The notes beneath the pieces were generated by a model. That model was not told the DNA's origin. It made no database searches and worked only from the letters and a program-made list of their open reading frames with translations. This document shows positions 38,315 through 48,609 of a stretch of DNA of 64,000 nt, in pieces. Source of the stretch: an uncultured Bacteroidales bacterium (GTDB lineage Bacteria > Bacteroidota > Bacteroidia > Bacteroidales > P3); the NCBI GenBank assembly GCA_947168515.1, contig CAMVMF010000002.1:62504-126503 (forward strand), in the 5' to 3' direction. A program made the translations under genes and the position numbers. Numbering within the stretch: the first letter of the stretch is position 1; each line of letters starts with the position of its first letter.

Positions 38315-39484
38315 ATGGCAAAGAGAGATTATTATGAAGTTTTAGGTGTCGGGCGTAATGCTACCCCCGATGAGTTGAAGAAGGCTTACCGTAAGTTGGC
38401 CCTGAAGTATCACCCCGACCGCAATCCTGGCGATAAAGAAGCTGAGGAGAAGTTCAAAGAGGCTGCCGAGGCATACGATGTGCTGAGCAATCCCGAAAAG
38501 AAGACCAAGTATGACCAGTTTGGCCATGCGGCTTTTGAAGGTGGCGCAGGTGGCTATAGCGGTGGGATGGATATGAATGACATCTTCACCCATTTTGGCG
38601 ACATCTTTGGCGACTTCTTCGGCAATGGCGGCGGCGGATTTAGCGGATTCAGCGGCTTTGGTGGCAGTGCCTCCGGCCGCCGTGCACGTGCGGCTTCCCG
38701 GGGCACCAACCTCCGTATCAAGGTCAAGCTTACCCTTGAGGAGATAGACAAAGGATGCGAGAAGAAGATTAAGGTTTCCAAATATGTTCCCTGCAAGACT
38801 TGCGGCGGCTCCGGAGCCCGCAACAATAGTTTCGAGACCTGCTCCCACTGTCATGGTTCCGGTGTGGTAACTGAGGTCCGCCGTACCATTCTGGGACAGA
38901 TGCAAACGCAGAGCGTATGCCCCCACTGTGGTGGTCAGGGACAGATTATCAAAGACAAGTGCCACGATTGCAATGGCGACGGCATCGTACGCTCTGAGGA
39001 GATCATCAACATCAACATCCCGGCAGGTGTCGCCGACGGTATGCAGCTTTCCATGTCCGGCAAGGGCAATGCCGCCCCCCACGGTGGTGTGCCCGGCGAC
39101 CTCATTGTGCTGATCGAGGAGATTCCTCACGACACTTTTGAACGTCAGGAGTCCAATCTTTATTATAACGCTTTCATCACTTTTGCCCAGGCAGCCATGG
39201 GTGGCAGTGTGGAGATACCTACCCTATCGGGTAAGGTGAAGGTGAAGATAGATGCCGGCACGCCTTCTGGCAAGGTGTTGCGCCTTCGTGGCAAAGGCCT
39301 TCCCGAGGTCAATGGCTATGGCCGAGGCGACATGCTGGTCAGCATCAACGTCTGGATTCCGAAAAACCTCTCCCGCGAAGAGAAAGAACTCTTGTCCAAA
39401 CTCGACAAATCCCCCAATTTCCAACCGAGTCCATCCAAGCAAGAGCGAGGCTTCTTTGACAAGATGAAGGACCTCTTCAACTAG
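38315..39484 (+). CDS. dnaJ: Molecular chaperone DnaJ
   Basis: J-domain with YHPDRNPGD, a Gly/Phe-rich linker, and four CxxCxGxG zinc-finger repeats ([32 protein letters not shown]). Confidence 0.95.
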   Translation: MAKRDYYEVLGVGRNATPDELKKAYRKLALKYHPDRNPGDKEAEEKFKEAAEAYDVLSNPEKKTKYDQFGHAAFEGGAGGYSGGMDMNDIFTHFGDIFGDFFGNGGGGFSGFSGFGGSASGRRARAASRGTNLRIKVKLTLEEIDKGCEKKIKVSKYVPCKTCGGSGARNNSFETCSHCHGSGVVTEVRRTILGQMQTQSVCPHCGGQGQIIKDKCHDCNGDGIVRSEEIININIPAGVADGMQLSMSGKGNAAPHGGVPGDLIVLIEEIPHDTFERQESNLYYNAFITFAQAAMGGSVEIPTLSGKVKVKIDAGTPSGKVLRLRGKGLPEVNGYGRGDMLVSINVWIPKNLSREEKELLSKLDKSPNFQPSPSKQERGFFDKMKDLFN

Positions 39485-39507
39485 TCTTTTATTCTAAAAT
39501 CGTTGTA

Positions 39508-40791
39508 ATGCTACGTCCTCCAGAGTCATTTCTCCAGTACATCTGGCAGCATCAACTGCTGGAGGGCGACCTGCATACAGTGGAGGGACTGCCTATTGTG
39601 GTCGAGCGCCCCGGTGTGCTCAACCGCGATGCCGGTCCCGATTTTTTTGATGCGCGCATACGGGTAGGGGAGACGCTGTGGGTAGGCAATGTCGAGGTCC
39701 ATGTCAAAGCGTCCGATTGGAATGCCCACAACCATAGTACCGACCGTGCTTATGACAATGTGGTGCTCCATGTGGTGTATGAATGCGACACCGCCATCAC
39801 CCTCCAGAACTGCCATCAGCTCCCCACGCTGGTCATCTCCCAGCATATTCCGCAGGCGGTGTGGGACAACTACGAGTCTCTTATGAATCCGCCGCGGCCT
39901 CTTGCCATTCCCTGTGAAGAGCATCTGCCCCAGCTGTCGTCGTTTTATGTTTCTTCAGTTCTTGAACGCCTAGTGGTTGAGCGCATAGAGGCGAAATGCG
40001 AAAACGTTCGACGGCTGCTGTCCGATAGTCATAACAATTGGGAACAGTGCTGCTATTGGCTTCTCGCACATTACTTTGGGGGCAAGACCAATGGCTTCAC
40101 GTTCGAACTTCTTGCCCGTGCCACCGACCAGAACCTCCTAGCCCGTTGGCGCGATAAGCCCCAGCGCGTGGAGGCTATTCTGATGGGCCAGGCGGGATTT
40201 CTCGAAGGCTATTTCTCCGACGAGTATCCCCGTCAGCTGCAGGCCGACTATGAGGCCCTCCGCCATGCCGCCCGTCTGAACCCTATTGCGGGTTATTTGT
40301 GGAAGTTTTTCCGCCTCCGGCCCTATGGTTTCCCAACCCTCCGTATCAGTCAGTTCGCACAACTCATCTGCCGTTCTCGCAATCTGTTCAGCCGACTGCT
40401 AGAAACTCCTTCGGCTGCCGAACTCCAGCAACTATTTGATGTGACGGCTGCCGATTATTGGACCAATCACTATCAGTTCGACCGACCTTCGCCGGGCAAA
40501 CCCAAGCGGCTCTCTACCTCTTTTGTCGACCTGCTGATTATCAATGCCTGGGTGCCTCTCCTTTTCGAATATGGCAGCCAGCATGGCATGCAACAATATA
40601 AGGACCAGGCTGTCTCTATTCTTGAGCAGCTCCGTCCCGAATCCAACCAGATCATCCGCCAGTGGGCCGCGGCAGGCATCCGTCCCAACAATGCGGCACA
40701 AAGTCAGGCCCTGCTCCAGTTGTTTAACAACTATTGCCAACAACACAACTGCCTCCACTGTCAGATCGGTTATAAAGTCATTGCCCAATGA
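39508..40791 (+). CDS. DUF2851 family protein
   Basis: N-terminus FLQYIWQHQLL...GPDFFDARIRVGETLWVGNVEVHVKASDWNAHNH, as I recall for DUF2851. C-terminal CLHC. Confidence 0.75.
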   Translation: MLRPPESFLQYIWQHQLLEGDLHTVEGLPIVVERPGVLNRDAGPDFFDARIRVGETLWVGNVEVHVKASDWNAHNHSTDRAYDNVVLHVVYECDTAITLQNCHQLPTLVISQHIPQAVWDNYESLMNPPRPLAIPCEEHLPQLSSFYVSSVLERLVVERIEAKCENVRRLLSDSHNNWEQCCYWLLAHYFGGKTNGFTFELLARATDQNLLARWRDKPQRVEAILMGQAGFLEGYFSDEYPRQLQADYEALRHAARLNPIAGYLWKFFRLRPYGFPTLRISQFAQLICRSRNLFSRLLETPSAAELQQLFDVTAADYWTNHYQFDRPSPGKPKRLSTSFVDLLIINAWVPLLFEYGSQHGMQQYKDQAVSILEQLRPESNQIIRQWAAAGIRPNNAAQSQALLQLFNNYCQQHNCLHCQIGYKVIAQ

Positions 40792-43289
40792 AACCTAGTG
40801 AGATAACTACCATTCTAAAAGGTTCTTCTGCACAAATCTGCAACCCGGGCTGCGAGATAGACCAGCTCCTCACCGACAGTCGCCACACTGGCGACCTCAG
40901 CCGCAGCCTTTTCTTTGCCATCCCCACCAAGCGCAACACAGGATGCCGCTATGTTCTGGATTTATATCAGCGGGGCGTGCGCAATTTTGTGGTCCCTGCC
41001 ACTGATGTGGCCGATGAGTTTCTCCAGCAATTCCAACTTTGTACTACGGCCAATTTTTGGCATGTCAAAGATGTGGTTCGTGCGCTCCAGCAGCTGGCAG
41101 CGCACCACCGCAACCAGTTTGACATACCCGTGGTCGGCATCACGGGCTCCAACGGCAAAACGATTGTTAAGGACTGGATTGTTCAAATGCTGGGCGACAC
41201 CCGTCGCGTGGTCTTCTCCCCCCGCAGCTATAATTCCCAAATCGGCGTCCCCATTTGTGTATGGCAGATGGCTCCCGACCATCAGCTGGCAGTCTTTGAG
41301 GCGGGAATCTCACAGCCCGGCGAGATGGACCGTCTCCGCGAGGTCATCAACCCCACGATCGGCATTTTTACCAACATCGGTCAGGCCCATGACGAGAACT
41401 TCCTTACCCGGTCACAAAAAATTGCCGAGAAGCTACAGCTCTTTTTACATTGCCAGACCCTGATTTATTGTTCTGACCACAAAGATATTCATTCTTCCAT
41501 TGTCTCTCAAGAGGCGTTCCGTCAGGTGCAGCGTTTCACCTGGGGTAGGGGAGAGGATAACGATGTCCAACTCCTCGACACTCAGGTACGCGAAAACGAA
41601 ACAAACCTGACAATCCGCTATCGCCAACAGCAGTACTCCTTTGTCATTCCCTTTGTCGATCATGCCTCTGCCGAAAACGCGATGCATTGCATTGCCTTTC
41701 TTCTGTTTCTGGGCTATGGGGCCGATTATATTGCTCAGCGTTGTGCCCATCTGGCTCCTGTTGCCATGCGCCTGGAGATGAAGGAGGCCTTGGGCGACAG
41801 CCTCTTGGTCAACGATAGTTATAGCCTCGACCTCAACTCGCTCACCATCGCGCTGGACTATGTGTTGCACGAGCGTCAGCATCACAACAAAACCCTTATC
41901 CTGAGCGATATCCTTCAGGCCGGCATGTCCGACGACGATCTCTACACCCAAGTGTCTAGTCTTGTCCTCCAGCATGGCATCACACGCTTTATCGGCATCG
42001 GTAGTGCCCTTCAGCGCCATGCCGCGCTCTTTGCTTCCGTCAATGCCTCTTTCTACCCCACCACCGAGGAGTTCATCCGGCAGTTCGACTTCGATTCTTT
42101 CTCTCACGAAACCATCCTCCTAAAGGGTGCCCGAGTATTCCATTTCGAGGATATTGCCAAACTGCTCCAGCGCCGCAGCCATCAAACGGTCATGGAGGTC
42201 AACCTCAACAATCTTGTCTCCAACCTCAATTACTACCGCTCGCTAGTTCGGCCCACCACCAAACTGATGGCCATGGTCAAGGCCGCCAGCTACGGCTCCG
42301 GCAAGGTCGAGGTGGCCAATGCCCTCCAGTTCAACCATGTCGACTACCTCACTGTGGCCTACACCGACGAGGGTGTCGACCTCCGTCGTGGGGGCATCAC
42401 GTTGCCCATTATGGTCATGAACCCCGAAGAGGAGAGCTTCGACGACATCATCCGCTATCATCTTGAGCCTGATATCTACTCTTTCCGTATCTTTGAGTCC
42501 TTTTCCGATGCTGTGCGCCTGATAGGCGAAAAGGGCATGAAGGTGCCTGTCCATGTCGAGTTCGACACTGGCATGCACCGTCTGGGATTCGCCGGCAGCG
42601 ATATTCCAGAGTTGGTGGCACGTTTCAGCAGTCCCGATTGTGTGCTGCGGGTCCAATCCATCTTCACCCATTTTGCATGTGCCGACGACCCTGCCGAGGA
42701 TGCCTTCACCCAGGGCCAAATCGACCGTTTCACCGCTTGGAGTGCCGACCTCAAAGGTGCTTTGGGCGACGAGACCATCCTTCGCCATATCCTCAACTCC
42801 TCAGGCATCGCCCGCTTCCCCCAGGCTCAACTCGACATGGTGCGTCTGGGCATCGGCCTCTACGGAATCGCCCCCGAACCCGAGGTGCAGTCCCACCTCA
42901 AGCCTGTCAGTCAGCTCAAGACCAAGATATCTCAGATAAAGGAAATCCCTGCTGGGGATTCTGTGGGCTACAACCGCCGTTGGGTGGCCCAACGTCCTTC
43001 CCGCATCGCCATCATCTCTATCGGCTATGCCGATGGGCTCAACCGCCATCTAGGCTACGGCAACGGTCGTGTGCTGGTGGGTGGCCGCCAGGTGCCCATT
43101 ATCGGCAGCATCTGCATGGACATGTGTTTCCTCGATGTCACCGACGTTCCCTGCGCCGAGGGCGACGACGTTGTCATCTTCGGCGATGCCGACCTGCTGC
43201 AGCAAATCTCTCAAGCCGCCGGCACCATCCCCTACGAGATACTCACCTCCGTCTCCCCCCGCGTCAAGCGGGTCTACTACGAAGAGTAG
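40788..43289 (+). CDS. murF: Bifunctional UDP-N-acetylmuramoyl-tripeptide--D-alanyl-D-alanine ligase / alanine racemase (MurF-Alr fusion)
   Basis: Mur ligase P-loop VVGITGSNGKT in the N-terminal half. PLP-lysine context MAMVKAASYGSG and the racemase tail YEILTSVSPRVKRVY in the C-terminal half. The ATGA start overlaps the stop of the upstream gene. Confidence 0.9.
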   Translation: MKPSEITTILKGSSAQICNPGCEIDQLLTDSRHTGDLSRSLFFAIPTKRNTGCRYVLDLYQRGVRNFVVPATDVADEFLQQFQLCTTANFWHVKDVVRALQQLAAHHRNQFDIPVVGITGSNGKTIVKDWIVQMLGDTRRVVFSPRSYNSQIGVPICVWQMAPDHQLAVFEAGISQPGEMDRLREVINPTIGIFTNIGQAHDENFLTRSQKIAEKLQLFLHCQTLIYCSDHKDIHSSIVSQEAFRQVQRFTWGRGEDNDVQLLDTQVRENETNLTIRYRQQQYSFVIPFVDHASAENAMHCIAFLLFLGYGADYIAQRCAHLAPVAMRLEMKEALGDSLLVNDSYSLDLNSLTIALDYVLHERQHHNKTLILSDILQAGMSDDDLYTQVSSLVLQHGITRFIGIGSALQRHAALFASVNASFYPTTEEFIRQFDFDSFSHETILLKGARVFHFEDIAKLLQRRSHQTVMEVNLNNLVSNLNYYRSLVRPTTKLMAMVKAASYGSGKVEVANALQFNHVDYLTVAYTDEGVDLRRGGITLPIMVMNPEEESFDDIIRYHLEPDIYSFRIFESFSDAVRLIGEKGMKVPVHVEFDTGMHRLGFAGSDIPELVARFSSPDCVLRVQSIFTHFACADDPAEDAFTQGQIDRFTAWSADLKGALGDETILRHILNSSGIARFPQAQLDMVRLGIGLYGIAPEPEVQSHLKPVSQLKTKISQIKEIPAGDSVGYNRRWVAQRPSRIAIISIGYADGLNRHLGYGNGRVLVGGRQVPIIGSICMDMCFLDVTDVPCAEGDDVVIFGDADLLQQISQAAGTIPYEILTSVSPRVKRVYYEE

Positions 43290-43371
43290 CGCGCCGGTTT
43301 ACGTTCCTTTTGTACACGTACATACCGAACATTACTAACTAATACGGTAACTAACATAATTAGTAGAGTCT

Positions 43372-44052
43372 ATGAAACAATATGCAAGGTTTGTAGCATC
43401 CCTATTGCTACTTTTTGTTATGGTTTCTTTCTCGGTCAGTTGCGAGAGAGAAAAAGACCCGAGTACCAATGACTGGGTCGATCTCGGCTTACCGTCTGGC
43501 CTGATGTGGGCCACGCGCAATGTGGGCGCCACCTCGCCGGAGGACTACGGAGACTATTTTGCATGGGGCGAGACTAGCCACAAGAGTGTTTACGACTGGA
43601 GCACCTACCGCTATTGCAATGGGGACAGGGACCAGCTCACCAAATACTGCAACGATTCTAGTGATGGCTACAATGGTTATACCGACAACCTAATCTACCT
43701 GCAGCCCGGCGACGATGCCGCCACTGCCAACTATGGCGGGCGCACCCCCACTAAGTATGAATGGAATGAGCTGGTGGCCAACACCACCAGCCATTGGACT
43801 ACGCAGAACGGTGTGAACGGTCTCCTTTTCAAAGGACCCAACGGCAATAGCCTCTTTCTACCTGCTGCCGGCAGCCGTTGGGACAGCACGCTCAGCCTCG
43901 ACGGCAGCACCGGCAACTACTGGTCTAGTGCGCTCGTCACCACCTTTGCTCCGAGCAACGCGTGGGACTTCTGCTTCGATTCGGGCGGCCGTAGCATGAA
44001 TCAAAGCAGCCGCAACAACGGTCACTCAGTCCGTGCCGTGCGTCAGCACTAA
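43372..44052 (+). CDS. Lipoprotein with a FISUMP/DUF1566-like domain
   Basis: Lipobox FSVSC. Motifs WATRNVGA...YGDYFAWGE, PTKYEWNEL, LFLPAAG, YWSS and the terminal GHSVRAVR. Confidence 0.5.
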   Translation: MKQYARFVASLLLLFVMVSFSVSCEREKDPSTNDWVDLGLPSGLMWATRNVGATSPEDYGDYFAWGETSHKSVYDWSTYRYCNGDRDQLTKYCNDSSDGYNGYTDNLIYLQPGDDAATANYGGRTPTKYEWNELVANTTSHWTTQNGVNGLLFKGPNGNSLFLPAAGSRWDSTLSLDGSTGNYWSSALVTTFAPSNAWDFCFDSGGRSMNQSSRNNGHSVRAVRQH

Positions 44053-44270
44053 GACTTTTCACCATCTCGCACGGGCAATGAAAAAGAGAGCTTGCGTGTG
44101 CAGCACTGCAGTGCGCTACACCGCCTCTTTTCCTGTAACTGATTTGGCCAGCATAAATATAGCCTCTTTAAAATACCTCATAGCGAGTATTCACTAATTA
44201 TAATGGAGTCGCGTTTTACCCAACTGCTGCAGACAGAAAAACTGCCGCAACAGAATTTACGGAGCCCAGC

Positions 44271-45059
44271 TTATAGCAGCCCCCTCTCGCGGCGCATTAC
44301 CATGTCATATAATAGTCTGTCCAGTTCCTTGGTCGGAACCTCATTCTCTTCGGGCTGTGAGGTCTCGATGCGCCCATGGTAGTATTCTGCCCAGTGGTAG
44401 GCGTACTCTTTCAAGTCCGTGTCTATGGCGGTGGTGTCCTTCTCCGCGCCGCTTTTCTTTATCGCTATCAAATGATATATCTTCTCACGCAGTTCGTCTT
44501 CCTCAACAGTAGCCTCCAGTAGTTCCACAAAAGCCACAGGAGGGAGCGTGTGGTGTTGCTCAATCCATTTGCAGGCCAATATTCCACGCAGGTAATAGAA
44601 AAAGACCTTCAAACTGCCTTTCTTTTTCTGTAGGTATCGGATGTCGTGTTTCAGATAGATGTGGTTGTAGTGGAACATGAGTTTGGCTGGGTTGAAGCAG
44701 CAGTCCTCCACTTCGTGGATACGGTGAATAAAATCCCCGTCGGCGTAATATACAATCGGTGAATGCAGCCACTCGAAAAGTGATGGGTTGCTTTGTCTAA
44801 GGAGAGACAAGGCCTTCTTTAAATCCCAGCCAACCAAATCCACGCCGTCTTCGTACATATAATCGATGACGTCGCGTTTCTTCTCCACGGATAGGTACCA
44901 CTGAAGCTTGTGGACATATATGAAACGTACGTCCCAGTCGCTGTTGGCGGACTCGAAGCCCCATGCGCGGCTGCCGGACTCCACGGCCAGCAAGACCCGC
45001 ACGTCATGTTCCCGCTCCACTTCCATTAGATGCCTCTTTATCTCTTCAGTCGCGTTCAT
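44271..45059 (-). CDS. Pol-beta superfamily nucleotidyltransferase (YcgL/RlaP-like, PF10127-type)
   Basis: ESGSRAWGFESANSDWDVRFIY contains the GS...DxD nucleotidyltransferase motif. Start is set at the ATG at 45059 because a TAnnTTTG box lies inside the longer track ORF. Confidence 0.7.
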   Translation of the reverse strand: MNATEEIKRHLMEVEREHDVRVLLAVESGSRAWGFESANSDWDVRFIYVHKLQWYLSVEKKRDVIDYMYEDGVDLVGWDLKKALSLLRQSNPSLFEWLHSPIVYYADGDFIHRIHEVEDCCFNPAKLMFHYNHIYLKHDIRYLQKKKGSLKVFFYYLRGILACKWIEQHHTLPPVAFVELLEATVEEDELREKIYHLIAIKKSGAEKDTTAIDTDLKEYAYHWAEYYHGRIETSQPEENEVPTKELDRLLYDMVMRRERGLL

Positions 45060-45092
45060 GTGTGTTTCGTATGTTTTAGTTGTTGCGGATTG

Positions 45093-45100
45093 CAAAGGTA
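45093..45100 (-). promoter_or_regulatory. Bacteroidota -7 promoter box (TACCTTTG on minus strand)
   Basis: Exact consensus match ending 34 nt upstream of the ATG at 45059. Confidence 0.5.
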
Positions 45101-45316
45101 AGTGATTGTCCTGTAATAACAACCATCGGGGTGCGGCGGGTGTTCGCTTCCATCAGGGGCTGCTCACCAAGCATCACCTCGTCTATGCCATTGCGCCTCC
45201 TTTAAGGTAAGTTCTATTAATCGAGAATTACAGAATCTAGTATCTTAAAAACAGATTGATACTCAATACTTTGCAATTCTAAAATTTTCGTATTTTTCGT
45301 TTTTTTAGATGTTCCC

Positions 45317-45922
45317 TTAATTCTTCACCGTGTCCTCCATCAGCGACGAGGCGAAGCCGTCGGCCAACTGCACCAAGGCGCATAGGGGGTATTTGTCCTT
45401 GGCGGCATTGATGTTGCCCAAGGCCTCTCGACTTTGGAAGGGCAGGTCCCACGCCGTCATGTGCCACCGGATGGCGGCAATCTCGGCATCGGTGAGGTCT
45501 AGGCCCAGACGGAGCAGGATGATGACGCTCTTCTCGCCATGCCCCAGGGGGAAGTTGCTGTAGTCCACCGTATAGCCTGGGTATTCGTCCCAGCGTCCGA
45601 AACTGTTCTGTCGTTTCTTGGTGACCTCCTTGTAGATGTCGGCTTTGCAGATGTCGTGCAGCAGGGTGGCCAAGGCCACGCTGTCCTCCGGCAGGTCGTC
45701 CTCTATGGCGGGGTTGAGGCTCAGGGCCATCGACCGCAGCCGCATGGCCGCCGTGTACACGTTGAGCGAATGTTCGGCCAGGCCACCCTCATAGTTGCCG
45801 TGGAAGTTGGTGGAAGCAGGGGCCGTGAAGAAGCCGCTGCCCGGCAACCACTCCATCACCTCGTCTATGCCCTGGCGGTCGGTCTTGTCAAGGATGTCAA
45901 GTATCTTGTCTTTTGTCGTCAT
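45317..45922 (-). CDS. HD-domain phosphohydrolase
   Basis: NFHGNYEGGLAEHSLNV and LATLLHDICKADIY carry the H...HD signature. Start is set at MTTKDK (45922) because a -7 box lies inside the longer track ORF. Confidence 0.75.
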   Translation of the reverse strand: MTTKDKILDILDKTDRQGIDEVMEWLPGSGFFTAPASTNFHGNYEGGLAEHSLNVYTAAMRLRSMALSLNPAIEDDLPEDSVALATLLHDICKADIYKEVTKKRQNSFGRWDEYPGYTVDYSNFPLGHGEKSVIILLRLGLDLTDAEIAAIRWHMTAWDLPFQSREALGNINAAKDKYPLCALVQLADGFASSLMEDTVKN

Positions 45923-45943
45923 AGCTGTTCGTATTTGAAAATG

Positions 45944-45951
45944 CAAAGGTA
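45944..45951 (-). promoter_or_regulatory. Bacteroidota -7 promoter box (TACCTTTG on minus strand)
   Basis: Exact consensus match ending 22 nt upstream of the ATG at 45922. Confidence 0.5.
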
Positions 45952-46146
45952 CGAAATTTTTTTGGATGAGCCGATTATTGCGTCCCCTTGCACTACTGGT
46001 AACATCGAGGATGGGCACTGAAAAAGCAGGGCTATGGGTTTGTCCTCGCAGGATGTTGTTTGTAACCCATTGATTGGCCCAAGGTGTTGCCGTTGGGCCA
46101 TATCTGTCTTTGCCATTTCAAGGCGATAATTAGAGGCTGCCCGAAA

Positions 46147-46908
46147 CTATTCGTACATGGCATTCACTACCTGTCGCATCTCTTCTGGCAGCAGTTGAAG
46201 GGCATGGCTTCGCATGGCCTCCGGTACTCCGTAGTAGGCTTCGGCTATGCCGCCAGTGATGTTGGCGATGGTGTCGCTGTCGCCGCCAAGGGAAATGGCG
46301 ATGCGGATGGCACTCTCGAAGTCATGGCTCTCGAGGAAACACTCGATGGCCTGTGGCACGGTCTTCTGGCAAGTCTCGTAGAAGCCAAAATGCGGCCGTA
46401 TCTGGTCGATGGTGAAGTGCATGTCGTAGCCGTAGAGCTCCTCGGCCCGACGTCTGATCTCTTCTTTGGACTTCTGCTCCGCCGCCATCAGGATGCAGTC
46501 GGCTGTGGCCATGGCCCCTTTGACTCCTTCGGGGTGGTTGTGGGTGCAGATGGCTGAGGAAGCAGCCCACGCCAAGGCCTGCTCGCGGTTGCCCTTGGCA
46601 AGATAAGCACACGGCGACACGCGCATGGCCGAACCGTTGCCGAAGGAGTCGTAGGGCTTGTAGCCGTCCTCCTCCAGCAGCCAATGGCCGAAGCGTCCAC
46701 CGTAGCCGCGGTTGGGATACTTGCGGCCATATTCGTGCAACGTCTTCCCGAATGGAAGGCCATTCATGATGGCGTCGGCCACGGCCACGGTCATCACCGT
46801 GTCGTCGGTGAAGTCGCAGTCCGGGTGGAAGAACTCGAACTCTGTCGAGCGGTGATTGTGAAATTCAAATCGCGACCCTACAATGTCGCCTATAATTGCT
46901 CCTATCAT
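46147..46908 (-). CDS. ADP-ribosylglycohydrolase family protein
   Basis: MIGAIIGDIVGSRFEF, FTDDTVMTVAVADAI and the C-terminal GGDSDTIANITGGIAEAYYG, which are the metal-binding Asp/Thr motifs of the ARH fold. Confidence 0.85.
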   Translation of the reverse strand: MIGAIIGDIVGSRFEFHNHRSTEFEFFHPDCDFTDDTVMTVAVADAIMNGLPFGKTLHEYGRKYPNRGYGGRFGHWLLEEDGYKPYDSFGNGSAMRVSPCAYLAKGNREQALAWAASSAICTHNHPEGVKGAMATADCILMAAEQKSKEEIRRRAEELYGYDMHFTIDQIRPHFGFYETCQKTVPQAIECFLESHDFESAIRIAISLGGDSDTIANITGGIAEAYYGVPEAMRSHALQLLPEEMRQVVNAMYE

Positions 46909-47000
46909 ATCGTTTGTATTTTTACTGGTTTATCATGTTACACATCTTGTCAAACCGCTCATTCACCCCCACCATCCAGTCTGGCAGCATTTTTAATGCT

Positions 47001-48218
47001 TTATACACCAGGCTGTCGGGCATCTTGTGTCAGTTTTAAAAAATCCCGTAGGTCGGCAGTCAAGAAACCCACGACAGGATAGCCTTCATAGCCTACCACG
47101 AAAGCGGAAGTGGGGTTGAATTGTTCCCTGAACCGGGCCAATCCTTTGTTGTACTTTTCCATGCTGGATTTCACTTCAATTCCAACTACTTTACTTCCAT
47201 CGCGCATCACATAGTCCACCTCGTCGTTCCCGTCCCTCCAATAATAGGGGTGTATTCCTGAGGTGAAGGCGGTGTTGACGATATGGCATCCTACCGCGGA
47301 TTCAAACAGCCGTCCCCATAGTTTACGGTCTTTCATGGCCTCATGGAAAGTGGCACCACAGTAGATGCTCTTCAATGCGTTGTTGTACACCTGATACTTT
47401 GGGATGGAGGCCCTGCGGCGTAACCCGTCAGGAGAGTATTTTTGCAGTCCGCATACCAATCCAATGTCTTGGAGCAGTTGCAAATAGGAGGATAAGGTTG
47501 TGGTATTGCCGGCATCTTGCAGCTGACCGATCATTTTCGTCAGTGATACGATCTCGCCCGAATAGGCCGCTGCCAATTCAAAAGTCTGCCGGAGCAGTGC
47601 CGGTTTGTTCACCACAGCATCCGTCAATACATCCTTGTTGATGGTGGCATCAATGATGGCCGACCGAATGTACTCTGCCCAGCGCGATTCGTTTCCGATT
47701 AGCCCTGCTGCACCGGGATAGCCTCCATAATAGATGTATTGTTCCAAGGAAAAGTTAAAAGCCTCTTCCATTTCGAAGAAGGACCAGTGAGGTTTTTTAA
47801 TGGTCTCGAATCGTCCCATCAAAGAGTCTGCCATGTCACGTTCCTGAAGCACTCGTGACGATCCAAGCAGGATTACTTTCACGGGAGTGTCGTGAAAAGA
47901 GTCCTCGTCCCACATCTTTTTCACCACCTCGCTCCATCCTTTTATCTTTTGAACCTCGTCGATAACCCAAACAACGCTCTCTACCTGTTCGGCCCGAAGC
48001 TTAGCACGTGCACTCTCCCAGCAATTAGCAATCCATTCCCTCTGGGCCGTGGGTACTTCGTCGGCTGAAAACATCAACCATGGCGTTTTCAGTGTCTTTA
48101 GAACCTGTTTCACTACGGTCGTTTTGCCCACTTGGCGGGGACCCGTAACCACTTGAATGAACTTCCGGGGCTCTTCTATCCGCTCTTTAATTAGCTTATA
48201 ATAAATGCGTTCATACAT
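47001..48218 (-). CDS. AAA-family ATPase with a DUF4143-type C-terminal domain
   Basis: Walker A GPRQVGKTT and Walker B VVWVIDEVQ. 405 aa. The C-terminal part resembles a restriction-endonuclease fold, typical of this family. Confidence 0.8.
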   Translation of the reverse strand: MYERIYYKLIKERIEEPRKFIQVVTGPRQVGKTTVVKQVLKTLKTPWLMFSADEVPTAQREWIANCWESARAKLRAEQVESVVWVIDEVQKIKGWSEVVKKMWDEDSFHDTPVKVILLGSSRVLQERDMADSLMGRFETIKKPHWSFFEMEEAFNFSLEQYIYYGGYPGAAGLIGNESRWAEYIRSAIIDATINKDVLTDAVVNKPALLRQTFELAAAYSGEIVSLTKMIGQLQDAGNTTTLSSYLQLLQDIGLVCGLQKYSPDGLRRRASIPKYQVYNNALKSIYCGATFHEAMKDRKLWGRLFESAVGCHIVNTAFTSGIHPYYWRDGNDEVDYVMRDGSKVVGIEVKSSMEKYNKGLARFREQFNPTSAFVVGYEGYPVVGFLTADLRDFLKLTQDARQPGV

Positions 48219-48230
48219 ACTTATTGTTTC

Positions 48231-48280
48231 TACTCAATGCATTGAGTAATTTTACTCAGTCTATTGAGTAATTTTACTCA
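48231..48280. promoter_or_regulatory. Operator-like array of three perfect palindromes sharing TACTCA/TGAGTA half-sites
   Basis: tactcaatgcattgagta (48231-48248) and tgagtaattttactca (48243-48258 and 48265-48280). The array lies 13-62 nt upstream of the ATPase start codon. Confidence 0.6.
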
Positions 48281-48536
48281 GTCGGCGAGGCAAAGATACA
48301 AACTTCTCCCAACATACCAACAAAAAACTTTTGGGAGTGCATTAAATGATTGCGGAAACACTATGATTCTGCCCCCAAAAGCAACTTCCAAAAATCGCCT
48401 TGAAAGGGCAAATACTGATACAGCTGTAGGCAACGCCTACAGAAAACCAGCAAGATACAAAAATGCCTTCTAAGGGCAAAACATAAAAACATTTTTTGTA
48501 CTCACCAAAAGATTTTGCGGTATCATTTTTTTGTCG

Positions 48537-48544
48537 TATTTTTG
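48537..48544 (+). promoter_or_regulatory. Bacteroidota -7 promoter box (TATTTTTG)
   Basis: Exact consensus match about 66 nt upstream of the ATG at 48610. Confidence 0.4.
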
Positions 48545-48609
48545 TATCCCTGCAAATAGATGATTTCTAGTTGATAATATTGGTTGTATCAGTTTATTAC
48601 ACTTGCCCT

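Noticed and set aside
38342-43342. Antisense or out-of-frame ORFs within dnaJ (38342..39130, minus), DUF2851, and murF-alr (41445..42107 minus; 42638..43342 plus, 234 aa).
   Set aside because: Each lies entirely inside a well-supported conserved CDS in GC-rich DNA, where spurious open frames are expected.
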